Source of the DNA: Thiohalospira sp.
GTDB lineage: Bacteria; Bacteroidota; Bacteroidia; Bacteroidales; UBA12077
NCBI GenBank assembly: GCA_046538755.1
Contig: JBKHIH010000005.1
Location: 3,061-67,060 of the forward strand
DNA length: 64,000 bases
Direction of reading: 5' to 3'
Part shown: piece by piece, positions 41,480-50,533 of the stretch
How the letters are laid out: every line of letters starts with the position of its first letter
Numbering within the stretch: the stretch's first letter is position 1
Program-made: the position numbers and the translations under genes
The notes under the pieces: model-generated
What the model saw: the letters and a program-made list of their open reading frames with translations, nothing else
Told to the model about the DNA's origin: nothing
Database searches by the model: none

Positions 41480-42157
41480 ATGAAATTATTAATTGTTGAA
41501 GATAACTTTCAGTTGGCTGATGACCTTTCCCGATTCTTAAATGAAAATGGTTTTTTGGCCGAAATTGCCGACACACTCGAATTAGCCAAAGAAAAGGTGG
41601 AATTGTATCATTACGAGCTGGTTATATTAGACATTGGATTACCTGATGGAAGTGGGCTTGATATTATTAAACTACTAAAAAATAGAAAATCAGATTCCGG
41701 AATTTTAATTGTTACCGCCAAAAATGCCATTGAAGATAAAGTAAAAGGATTAGAACTTGGTGCAGATGATTATATAACTAAACCGTTTCATAAAGCTGAA
41801 TTAAATGCACGGGTTCGATCGATCATACGCCGTAAGAAATTTAATGGCAATAATATAATATCTATTAATGATATTGAAATAGATTTAGGATCAATGGAGG
41901 TAAAAGTTAATGGGCTGGAGCTTGACCTTACAAGAAAAGAATATGATTTATTACTATATTTTATTTACAATAAAAACAGGGTATTAACCAAAGAGAGTAT
42001 AGCAGAGCATTTGTGGGGCGACCATATCGACCAGGCTGATAATTTTGATTTTATTTATAATCATATCAAGAATTTGCGTAAGAAGTTGCAAAATGCCGGT
42101 GCAGGGAATCATATACGATCTGTATATGGAATGGGATATAAATTTTATGAACTTTAA
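41480..42157 (+). CDS. OmpR/PhoB-family response regulator
   Basis: 225 aa. REC (ILDIGLPDGSG, TAKN...KP) plus winged-helix Trans_reg_C (LTRKEYDLLLYF...RSVYGMGYKF). Confidence 0.9.
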   Translation: MKLLIVEDNFQLADDLSRFLNENGFLAEIADTLELAKEKVELYHYELVILDIGLPDGSGLDIIKLLKNRKSDSGILIVTAKNAIEDKVKGLELGADDYITKPFHKAELNARVRSIIRRKKFNGNNIISINDIEIDLGSMEVKVNGLELDLTRKEYDLLLYFIYNKNRVLTKESIAEHLWGDHIDQADNFDFIYNHIKNLRKKLQNAGAGNHIRSVYGMGYKFYEL

Positions 42158-42166
42158 TTTAAGGAT

Positions 42167-43438
42167 ATGTTTAAATTCAGATCATTTCGGTTATTAACCA
42201 AAACCAGCTTTTTTTATTTGCTGTTTATCCTGGCAACATTTTTTATCAGTGGCAGATATCTTATTAATAAAGCCGATAGTTATATTAATGAGGAAACCGA
42301 ACATTTTTTTCGCTTCAGAGAAGAACATGTGATCCGATATTTAGATAAAGGAAAAGATCCTGCCAAGTTAAAATATGATAAAATTACGCCGCTCGATTCA
42401 ACAAAGCTCTATGCAGAATACCCAAAGTATGTTGACACATTAATTTATAATGAAGATAAGGATGAAGATCAGTTGTACAGGAAAAAAAGTGTTGTAATTA
42501 AAGCCAACGGAAAAACTTATTTATTACAAATGCTTATAAACATTGATGATTTTACTAAGATGAAATCAGATGTGGCGAGTAGGATTGTTCCGGCGTTTAT
42601 CATTTTGGCATTGGTAATTGTTTTATTTACTACCTTTTTGTCCGGGTTTTTATTTCAGCCATTTTATCGGATACTAAGCCATATTGATCGCTACAAGGTT
42701 GGTAAAGGGATGAATATCCCTAAAGTTAAAACTTCAAGTAGGGAGTTTCAGAAATTGCAATTGCTTTTTCATAAAATGGTAAACCGGATCGAAGATGATT
42801 ACCGTAACCTTAAAGAATATACCGAAAATATGGCGCACGAGATACAAACACCACTTACAATTATCAGGAATAAAACAGAGCGGCTTATTGCAGATGAAGT
42901 GATAATGAAAAAAGATTCCGATACAGTTAAAATTATATACGAAGAAACCAACCATCTTTCAAAATTAGGGAGCGCCCTAAATCTTTTAACAAAAATTGAA
43001 AACGGCGAATATAATAATACTGAGATTATAAAAACAAAAAGTGTAATATTAAAACATATTGATGCCATTGATGAGCTGTTACAATTAAAATCAATGAAAA
43101 TTGAAACCGAATTAACTGATGAACATCAAATTATATTAGATCCGTTTTTATTTGATATTTTACTTAAAAATCTTATCCGGAATGCTATTCGTTACGGATA
43201 TAATAACGGCCCAATAAAAATAAAAACTACAACTGATACATTATCTATAAGTAATTATGGCGAAAAACTCAAAGTTCATAACAATAAGATTTTCGAACGT
43301 TTTTATTCCTCAAATTCTACAGGGCAATCGCTTGGTTTAGGATTATCACTTGTAAAAAGAATTTGTGATTTTAATCAATTGAAAATTGAGTACGATTATT
43401 ATGATAATCAGCATATTTTCTCAATTTCTCCCAAATAA
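42167..43438 (+). CDS. Sensor histidine kinase (cognate to 41480-42157)
   Basis: 423 aa. Two TM flanking a ~110 aa loop, H-box MAHEIQTPLTII, N-box NLIRNAIRY, G-box GLGLSLV. Confidence 0.85.
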   Translation: MFKFRSFRLLTKTSFFYLLFILATFFISGRYLINKADSYINEETEHFFRFREEHVIRYLDKGKDPAKLKYDKITPLDSTKLYAEYPKYVDTLIYNEDKDEDQLYRKKSVVIKANGKTYLLQMLINIDDFTKMKSDVASRIVPAFIILALVIVLFTTFLSGFLFQPFYRILSHIDRYKVGKGMNIPKVKTSSREFQKLQLLFHKMVNRIEDDYRNLKEYTENMAHEIQTPLTIIRNKTERLIADEVIMKKDSDTVKIIYEETNHLSKLGSALNLLTKIENGEYNNTEIIKTKSVILKHIDAIDELLQLKSMKIETELTDEHQIILDPFLFDILLKNLIRNAIRYGYNNGPIKIKTTTDTLSISNYGEKLKVHNNKIFERFYSSNSTGQSLGLGLSLVKRICDFNQLKIEYDYYDNQHIFSISPK

Positions 43439-43539
43439 AAATAATTAGATAAACATTTTGCTTTTCATTTGGTATTATAATTTGATTTAAGAAATTAATA
43501 AATGATGTAATAAATGCAGTTTTAATTTGTCTAAATACA

Positions 43540-43576
43540 AAATTGCTACAAAATTGATATCAAATTGCTACAAATT
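43540..43576 (+). promoter_or_regulatory. Direct-repeat operator candidate (2 x AAATTGCTACAAA, 22-bp register)
   Basis: An exact 13-mer occurs at 43540-43552 and 43562-43574. The palindrome TTGATATCAA (43554-43563) lies between them. A related TTGTTGCAAA sits at 43589-43598. All lie just upstream of or overlapping the promoter of the barrel gene. Confidence 0.45.
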
Positions 43577-43583
43577 CATTTTA

Positions 43584-43591
43584 TAGGTTTG
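43584..43591 (+). promoter_or_regulatory. Bacteroidota -7 box (TAnnTTTG) for the outer-membrane barrel gene
   Basis: TAGGTTTG lies 32 nt upstream of ATG 43623. Confidence 0.4.
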
Positions 43592-43622
43592 TTGCAAATA
43601 AAATTAAAAAGGAAATTTAATT

Positions 43623-46067
43623 ATGATAAAGAAATTATTTTTAGCGTTAGTGATTATAGGAGTATCAATAAATGCTTTTGCCGAGGAAATTAATAGTTCA
43701 GAATTAGTAAAAGGAAATTTAACAGGATATGTATATGATTCGAATGTAAATAAACCGTTGGAGTATGCAACCATTTCTTTAATTAATTTAGAAACAGGGA
43801 GTGTTGTGAATGGAACAATTTCTGATGAATCGGGATATTTTCATTTAAAAAATATTGAACCAGGAAAATATAAAATTGAAATTACATTTATCGGTTATGA
43901 AAAGAAAGTAATTGAAAGCATTGAGATCACCAATAAAACAAGAAAACTGGAGTTAGGCCAGGTGATGATAAGCCCGGCATCCGAATCGCTCGACGAAGTA
44001 GTAGTTACAGCCGACAGGCCTACCATGACTTATAAAATTGATAAAAAGGTAATTAACGTCAGCCAACAACACACTTCGGCTTCAGGTACTGCTGTTGAAA
44101 TTCTTGAAAATGTTCCTTCGGTAACTGTTGATATTGAAGGGAATGTAAGCTTGCGGGGTAGCCAAAGTTTTACTGTATTAATTGATAATAAACCCACTGT
44201 GCTGGACCCAAGTGATGCATTAAGCCAGATTCCGGCCAGCGCTATTGAAAACATAGAAATAATTACAAATCCATCGGCTAAATATGACCCTGACGGTACT
44301 TCTGGAATTGTAAATATCATTACAAAAAAGAATAAAATGCAGGGTGTTAATGGAGTGGTTAATTTAAACGCCGGTAAGTTTGATCGTTATGGAGGTGACT
44401 TTTTATTGAATTATCGAAAAGAAAAATTTAATGTATACGTGGGAGCTGATGTAAATACACGTAATATGTATGGTTCCCGGGAAACTGAAAATCGCACATT
44501 TTCTAACGATACTACATCATTTGTTTTATCTGATGGAGATTTTAGGAGAGGAGGAGAATCTTATAGCCTGCGCGGGGGTATTGATTATAACATTAACGCT
44601 TTTAATACTTTAAGTTTTGAAGCACGATATGGAGACCGTGCCCTTAGGTCTGATAACGAAACTCAATATCATGAATATTTAGAACCTGGAACACTCAGTG
44701 AATATTATACCAGCGAAGAAGAGTCTGGACGAGGGGGGAATTATTTGTCGTTAAATCTAGGCTATACACGAAAGTTTAATAAAAAAGGACATGAACTTTA
44801 TGCATTAGTTAATTATAGTAAAAGAGATTTTAGTTCAGATGATACTAATTTTTTAATCGATGAGAATAATAATATTGTAAGCGGGCAAAAATCTCTCGAA
44901 AAAGGCCCTAACCAGCCGCTTAGGTTTCAGTTGGATTACACTCTACCATTTAGCGAAACCAATAAGTTTGAAGCAGGTTATCAATCACGAATGTCAAAAA
45001 ATACCGAAAAAGCTGAAATGTTTTTGTACGATACCTCTGCTGCTGTGAGAGATTTTGTTTTTCAGGATCAATATTCTAACTCATCAAATTACCGCAGAAG
45101 TATTCATTCGTTATATGCAATTTATTCAGGTGAATTAGGAAATTTCGGCTATCAGGGAGGATTGCGTGGTGAATACACTTATCGTGATATAACCATTGAA
45201 GAAACCAATGAAAATTTTAATATCGACCGTTGGGATATTTTTCCAACTGCCCATATTTCTTACAATTTACCAAAAGAAAACCAGTTAATGGCAAGTTACA
45301 CCCGAAGGATTGACAGGCCAAGAGGATGGTATCTTGAACCTTTTATTACATGGTCTGATGCCTATAATGTTCGCCAGGGAAATCCTGATTTGCAACCCGA
45401 ATATATTGATTCGTATGAATTGAGCTACTTAAATAAATTCGAACGCAACTCATTTTCTTTTGAGGCATATTACAGGGTTACTCATAATAAAATTGAACGT
45501 GTAAGGAGTGTTTACGATGAAAATATATTTTTAAGTACATTCGAAAATGTAGGCAAAGATTATGCATTAGGAATTGAAACCATGCTTGGAGTTGATGTTC
45601 AAAAATGGTGGCATGTTGATTTGATGGGTAATCTCTACGATTACCGTGTGGAAGGACAGTTAGGTGGCCGTGATTTTTCTGAATCAAGTTTTAACTGGAA
45701 TATCCGTTTTAACAATATTTTACGGTTTGGCGATAATTCAAGATTGCAGTTTAATGCAATGTATAATAGCCCTACCATTAGTGCACAAGGCGAACGTAGC
45801 GACTTTTTTATGACAAGCCTTGCATACAAACATGATTTTATGAAAAAAGCTTTTTCAGCTACACTACAGGTGCGTGATGTTTTTGGAACCATGAAACACT
45901 CCAGCACATATAGCGGCGATGACTTTTATTCGTACAGCTATTTTGAACCCAATACACCATTCTTTTCTGTAACATTAACATACAGAATAAATAACTATCG
46001 CCCAGACAGGCGACGTAGAAACGGGGGAGATGATATACAAGACTTTGAAGGTGGTGAAGAATTTTAA
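43623..46067 (+). CDS. Outer-membrane beta-barrel / TonB-dependent-receptor-like protein (CarboxypepD_reg + plug-like + barrel)
   Basis: 814 aa. Signal peptide, CarboxypepD_reg (GYVYDSNVNKPLEYATISL), plug-like ILENVPSVTVDIEGNVSLRG, long alternating beta region, C-terminal aromatic (..GGEEF). Confidence 0.85.
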   Translation: MIKKLFLALVIIGVSINAFAEEINSSELVKGNLTGYVYDSNVNKPLEYATISLINLETGSVVNGTISDESGYFHLKNIEPGKYKIEITFIGYEKKVIESIEITNKTRKLELGQVMISPASESLDEVVVTADRPTMTYKIDKKVINVSQQHTSASGTAVEILENVPSVTVDIEGNVSLRGSQSFTVLIDNKPTVLDPSDALSQIPASAIENIEIITNPSAKYDPDGTSGIVNIITKKNKMQGVNGVVNLNAGKFDRYGGDFLLNYRKEKFNVYVGADVNTRNMYGSRETENRTFSNDTTSFVLSDGDFRRGGESYSLRGGIDYNINAFNTLSFEARYGDRALRSDNETQYHEYLEPGTLSEYYTSEEESGRGGNYLSLNLGYTRKFNKKGHELYALVNYSKRDFSSDDTNFLIDENNNIVSGQKSLEKGPNQPLRFQLDYTLPFSETNKFEAGYQSRMSKNTEKAEMFLYDTSAAVRDFVFQDQYSNSSNYRRSIHSLYAIYSGELGNFGYQGGLRGEYTYRDITIEETNENFNIDRWDIFPTAHISYNLPKENQLMASYTRRIDRPRGWYLEPFITWSDAYNVRQGNPDLQPEYIDSYELSYLNKFERNSFSFEAYYRVTHNKIERVRSVYDENIFLSTFENVGKDYALGIETMLGVDVQKWWHVDLMGNLYDYRVEGQLGGRDFSESSFNWNIRFNNILRFGDNSRLQFNAMYNSPTISAQGERSDFFMTSLAYKHDFMKKAFSATLQVRDVFGTMKHSSTYSGDDFYSYSYFEPNTPFFSVTLTYRINNYRPDRRRRNGGDDIQDFEGGEEF

Positions 46068-46129
46068 TTATAAGTAATCATTTATTTTTTATTTTCAATA
46101 TATAAGGATTAATTAGGTTAGGATGATTT

Positions 46130-46171
46130 AAAAAAGGCGAAACTGATTAATCGGTTTCGCCTTAATTTTTT
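46130..46171. terminator. Bidirectional intrinsic terminator between convergent genes
   Basis: GGCGAAACTGAT / ATCGGTTTCGCC hairpin (46136-46161, one G-U pair). It is flanked by A6 upstream (a T-run for the minus strand) and TTAATTTTTT downstream. Confidence 0.75.
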
Positions 46172-46183
46172 AGTTTAATTTTG

Positions 46184-46396
46184 TCAATCTGCCTTATTCA
46201 TTGGACAGGTGCTAAATCCAAAAAGTGCGTATAATCCGCAAAAATTAATAATTGCTGTTAGCAATAAAATTGCTCCAACAATAAGTAATACAATTCCTAA
46301 AGTTCCGGTAATTACATTGGTAAAATAAAGAATACCAATAATTAGTGCAATAATAATACGAATAACTCTGTCGGCCACTCCAATGTTCTTTTTCAT
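46184..46396 (-). CDS. DUF2892 (YgaP-like) small membrane protein
   Basis: 70 aa. GVADRVIRIIIALIIG...CGLYALFGFSTC is the family pattern. Confidence 0.8.
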   Translation of the reverse strand: MKKNIGVADRVIRIIIALIIGILYFTNVITGTLGIVLLIVGAILLLTAIINFCGLYALFGFSTCPMNKAD

Positions 46397-46939
46397 AGTT
46401 CTGGAATTTGATTTTTAGTTGTTTATTATTTGTGATTATAACAATGAAAAATAGGATTTGTTTAGCCTGTAGAAATAATTAATTAACAAAAAGGTTTTGG
46501 TAAAACTGGTTTGGTTGAAAAGTGGCAGTAAATGGGCCACTGATTCAATAAAATAAGTGGCAGGAGGCAGTAGCAGAACTCCTTCGCTTCGCAATCGCAC
46601 CCTGCCGCTGAAGCTTTAGCGTAAGCGTCTAAAGCTAATAGCGAACGCGGTGAAGCTACGGTGATTAAAAGTGGAAGTAAGCAATATGCAAGTTTCAAGT
46701 ATCAAAAAGGAGATTTACAGTTATTAGTTTAATTTTTAAGTTAGAAAGTTGACAATAAGCAGTTTATCAGTCATAGGCAAGCGGCAGTAGGCAGTTTACA
46801 TGCTGTAGGCAGGCAACAGTTAAAAAGTTTTGAGTTCTGAGTTTAAAGCAGCATTGAGCAGCAGCAGGAGGCTAGAACAGTCAAAGCAAAATGTTATTAC
46901 TTAACAAGTAAACAAATTAAACAATAAACCAAATTCAAT
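46397..46939. other. ORF-free GC-rich, repeat- and hairpin-dense noncoding island (candidate structured RNA or protein-binding array)
   Basis: Hand count gives 60/110 G+C at 46556-46665 and 50/108 at 46773-46880, against roughly one-third in the flanks. It carries multiple short repeat families and strong hairpins (see findings). The only listed ORF (46483-46698, minus) is low-complexity. Confidence 0.5.
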
Positions 46940-48226
46940 TTATCCATTCCAAAACTTAAAAATATCTTCAACCGTTTCTCTCTCCTTAATCAATGAATAA
47001 TCGTTATCTTCTTTACCAATAATTTTAGGAAACAACCGGCTTACATATTTCGACCACATTCCAAAAGTATATCCGCCCGTATCGTGAATAACAAGATAGT
47101 CTCCTTCAACGGCTTCGGGTAATTGTACATCGCGTGCTACAATATCGTTTGCAAAACATAGCGGGCCTGCAATATGATATTTTTTTAAGGTTCCTGATTT
47201 TTTAGGATTCCCTGCTTTATCTAACAGCGAAATCTCATGAAACCACTGCCCCGGATTTAAGCATTCTCTTAAAAGCAAATCGGCTCCTGCATGGATAATA
47301 AGGGTATTATCATTGGGATAATGTTTTACATATTCTACTTTGGTTATGATGTAACCCGCATTAACATGTAAATACCGCCCAAATTCTGTAATAAGTTTTA
47401 TATCTTCAAGCTTATATTTTTTTAGCAGGTTTTGTAACTCCTGTCCATAAATTTTTATGTCAGGGGGATATTGATTATGATGATAAGAAACTGGAAGCCC
47501 GCCGCCAATGTCAAGAAATTCAACTTTTCTGTTTTCGCTTTCTAATTTCTTATTTATTTCTTTAATGATTTGCAGCCCTTTTTCAATACCATTAAGTAGC
47601 AATTGCATCTCACATCCCTGTGAGCCAATATGCATGTGTATTCCTTTAAGCCATTCGTAATAAAAGAAATAATCGATAATTCTATCACTGTAATGCTTAA
47701 TCGGTACACCAAATTTTGAGTATTCACCGGCTAACGAAGTGGATGCTATTTTTCCATGGCCAACCTGAGGATTAATTCTTAATCCAATTAAGCTTTTGGA
47801 TACAATCTCTTGCTTTAATTTAACAATCCTGTCCAATTCCATCAATGAATCGGCATTAATATAGATATGGCTTTTGAGTGCTTGGGTTAATTCTTCGGTT
47901 GTTTTGACCGGAGAATCGAAGATAATCTGATCGCTACCAAATCCTGTTTTTTGTGCAAGGAACAATTCACCTTCAGAAGCTACTTCTGCACCTAAACCTA
48001 AAGACTTAATAGTTTTAAGGATTTTTACCAGCGGATTGGCTTTAACAGCAGATGTATGTAAAGTGCTTTCAGGAAAGGACTCTTTGAGTTCTTTTATTTT
48101 TACTTTTAAAAAATCATTATCATAGAAAATAGTGGTTGTGTCCTTTTCAGGATTGATAAGTCCTTGGTTTATACACTCATTGAATGATTGGGCAATTGAT
48201 TTTAAAGGGATAAAATGATTCATCAT
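46940..48226 (-). CDS. Type III PLP-dependent decarboxylase (Orn/DAP/Arg decarboxylase family 2)
   Basis: 428 aa. PLP-lysine context HTSAVKANP, glycine loop LDIGGGLP, substrate-site IAGPLCFANDIV. Confidence 0.85.
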   Translation of the reverse strand: MMNHFIPLKSIAQSFNECINQGLINPEKDTTTIFYDNDFLKVKIKELKESFPESTLHTSAVKANPLVKILKTIKSLGLGAEVASEGELFLAQKTGFGSDQIIFDSPVKTTEELTQALKSHIYINADSLMELDRIVKLKQEIVSKSLIGLRINPQVGHGKIASTSLAGEYSKFGVPIKHYSDRIIDYFFYYEWLKGIHMHIGSQGCEMQLLLNGIEKGLQIIKEINKKLESENRKVEFLDIGGGLPVSYHHNQYPPDIKIYGQELQNLLKKYKLEDIKLITEFGRYLHVNAGYIITKVEYVKHYPNDNTLIIHAGADLLLRECLNPGQWFHEISLLDKAGNPKKSGTLKKYHIAGPLCFANDIVARDVQLPEAVEGDYLVIHDTGGYTFGMWSKYVSRLFPKIIGKEDNDYSLIKERETVEDIFKFWNG

Positions 48227-48229
48227 TAA

Positions 48230-49762
48230 TTATTGAACTTTTTTAAAATCAAGGTTATGAAAGTGGAAATCGTTATTAGGCAGGTCGATCTTAAATCCAT
48301 TTACCTGGTTAGATAATGTATCCACATCAAAATTAATAATCCCAAAAGGCAAATAAACATCATTAAAGTTTACTTTAAAACTGTTGTTATGCCAGTGCTC
48401 CATTTTGCTATGTAAAAATTTTGACGAAGGTAAAAATGTAATGCTTAACTCATTGTTATCCATTGTTACTTCTGCCTTTCCATACATTATGTCTTCATAA
48501 ATCCCGGTATATTCTTTTAATTCAAAAGATGGTTTGGTGTTTACTTCTCGTTGTGCTATTCGTTCAGCATTTTGTTTTTTAGCTGCATCGTTGAAGTCAC
48601 GTTGTTGTTGTAGATAATAATCCGGCCAGTTATTAATTTCTTTTTCCAGGATAATATCTAAATAAGAAAACAATAGTGCATTGTTACAAAAAAAGTTAAA
48701 ACCATTATTAAGGATTATTATTCCGGTGTTTTTTTCTGGAATGAAAGCCACTTTGCTGCTATATCCGGGCATACTGCCACCATGTTCCAGAATTTTGTAT
48801 CCTGAATAATCGTATGCAACCCAACCGAGTGCATAAGTCATGAAATGAATCCCGAAACTTTTTCTTTCGTCAGAAACCGGTAAAATAGTTTCGGGAGAAG
48901 TTAGTTCTTTAATCATTTCAGGCGAAAGGATTTGTGTATTTTTCCATTTTCCGTCATTTAAAAACATTGTAAGCCAATTGCTCAAATCACGGGGGTTTGA
49001 CCAGATAGAAGCAGCTGGTTTGCCTCCGGCAAAATAATAAGGACTAAAAAGAGAGTCGTTAAAATGTGGAAAAGCCATAGATTCTGTTCCGTCAAAATCA
49101 TCGTTCGATGTTCGGGTCGAATTCATTTCTAATGGAATTAAGAAATTTTGTTTAATAAAATTTTCCCACGATTGTCCGGTAACTTTTTCAATTATTTCTC
49201 CTGCCAAAGTATACATATTGTTTTGATAGCCATATTCCACCCTGAATTGTTTCGTTAAGGGAAGATGTTGTACCCGTTCTAATATCTCTTTGTTTGAGTA
49301 GTCTGTATGATACCAGAGCAAATCGCCATAAAAAGTACCCAAACCACTCCGGTGGGTTAAAATATCTTTAATAGTAAGATTTTTAGAAATACAATCGTCT
49401 TTCAGTTTAAAATCAGGGTAATAATCTATAACCTTATCATCCCAAGATAATAAACCCTCTTGCACCAATTTTCCTATTGCAGCAGCTGTAAAGGCTTTTG
49501 TGCATGAAGCAATATTAAAAATATCGTTTTTTTCCAGAAAGTTTATTTTTTCTGCATTTTTATAACCCAGGGCTTTATCATAAATAATATTTCCATTTTG
49601 TACAATGGCAACACTAAGGCCTGCAGGGTTAAACTGATCAAATACTTTTTGAGTTACACGGTCTATTTTCTGAATCTCATTTTCATCTTTTTGAGTAAAA
49701 AGAATAATAGGAATTGCAATTACAAGAAGAAGCGGGACAATAAATTTTACGATATTTTTCAT
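48230..49762 (-). CDS. Secreted serine hydrolase (class C beta-lactamase / D-aminopeptidase-like family) with extra C-terminal domain
   Basis: S-x-x-K nucleophile ASCTKAF and a later EHGGSMPGY box. The track ORF extends to 49813, but the Met at 49762 (MKNIVKFIVPLLLVIAIPIILF) gives a normal signal peptide. Only 3 nt separate it from the downstream decarboxylase. Confidence 0.8.
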   Translation of the reverse strand: MKNIVKFIVPLLLVIAIPIILFTQKDENEIQKIDRVTQKVFDQFNPAGLSVAIVQNGNIIYDKALGYKNAEKINFLEKNDIFNIASCTKAFTAAAIGKLVQEGLLSWDDKVIDYYPDFKLKDDCISKNLTIKDILTHRSGLGTFYGDLLWYHTDYSNKEILERVQHLPLTKQFRVEYGYQNNMYTLAGEIIEKVTGQSWENFIKQNFLIPLEMNSTRTSNDDFDGTESMAFPHFNDSLFSPYYFAGGKPAASIWSNPRDLSNWLTMFLNDGKWKNTQILSPEMIKELTSPETILPVSDERKSFGIHFMTYALGWVAYDYSGYKILEHGGSMPGYSSKVAFIPEKNTGIIILNNGFNFFCNNALLFSYLDIILEKEINNWPDYYLQQQRDFNDAAKKQNAERIAQREVNTKPSFELKEYTGIYEDIMYGKAEVTMDNNELSITFLPSSKFLHSKMEHWHNNSFKVNFNDVYLPFGIINFDVDTLSNQVNGFKIDLPNNDFHFHNLDFKKVQ

Positions 49763-49903
49763 TTTTGGTAAAATTAGGGTAAGGGTTTCTTTTTTATTGC
49801 TTAAAAATAACAAACAAAAAGGTTATAAGCAATAATCATTTTATTATTCTATGAAATGCTTTTTAAAAAAGTTATTTTATTGGAAAATATAAATAGATTA
49901 TCG

Positions 49904-50410
49904 TTATTTTTTCTTAAAAAATAAATATAAATAAACACTAAAAACAAGGGTTGTGGTTAACTGCATAGCTATAGGAGTAGAAATAAATCCCGATTTTAAA
50001 ATAGCTAATTGAATTAATCCAAATTTAATCCCGTAATAAACCATCTTACTGGCAATTATACTAATAAGTATAGGAAAAAATGTGGTTTTAAATTTGTTAA
50101 CCAAAGCGTAAAAAATAAATACATTTAAACTTAACTCAAATGCTATTAAAATCATTTTTGGAAATACCGGATGTGCTGAAATTAAAAATGAAAACAACGG
50201 TAATGTTAAAGCGATTAAATATGCATTTTTCTTTGTTGTATGCACTAATGCAAGAATTAACATTAAGCGCATGGGTTCGATATAATAAACCGGCAGGCTA
50301 AGTAAATGCGAAATGGCAGGTACGAAATAAATAAATGCAATGGCTGCAATATCAAATAGTATGCTTTGTATATTTTGCCTGTTTAATAACTGAATCGCTT
50401 TTGGTTCCAT
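49904..50410 (-). CDS. Hypothetical polytopic membrane protein (ECF S-component-like size and topology)
   Basis: 168 aa with ~5-6 TM segments. No motif recognised. Divergent from the DUF362 gene. Confidence 0.5.
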   Translation of the reverse strand: MEPKAIQLLNRQNIQSILFDIAAIAFIYFVPAISHLLSLPVYYIEPMRLMLILALVHTTKKNAYLIALTLPLFSFLISAHPVFPKMILIAFELSLNVFIFYALVNKFKTTFFPILISIIASKMVYYGIKFGLIQLAILKSGFISTPIAMQLTTTLVFSVYLYLFFKKK

Positions 50411-50533
50411 TGTCCTGTATTTTTTATTTTTATTTATTGATTTCTGTCAATCAACCAAATTTAAGGATTAATTTTTAAAACTGCTTCATATTTTGTAAAT
50501 TTATGGATTAAGTTTTAATAAAAACCACTGCTT

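Noticed and set aside
46556-46665. Idea that the GC-rich block is a tmRNA, RNase P RNA, SRP RNA or tRNA
   Set aside because: It has no tRNA-like acceptor/T-arm (no GGTTCGAATCC-type sequence). It has no alanine-rich tag reading frame ending in a stop. It lacks the RNase P GAGGAAAGTCC core and any SRP domain IV motif that I could find.
46483-46698. 71-aa minus-strand ORF inside the GC-rich island
   Set aside because: The translation (MKLAYCLLPLLITVASPRSLLALDAYAKASAAGCDCEAKE...) is low-complexity. It has no start context or promoter box and is built from the repeat and hairpin sequence itself. I treat the region as noncoding.
46441-46940. Idea that the island is an invertible (phase-variable) promoter segment
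   Set aside because: The only flanking inverted matches are 6-7 bp (TTTGGTT/AACCAAA, TAGCCT/AGGCTA). No site-specific recombinase gene is nearby, and no promoter box lies inside.
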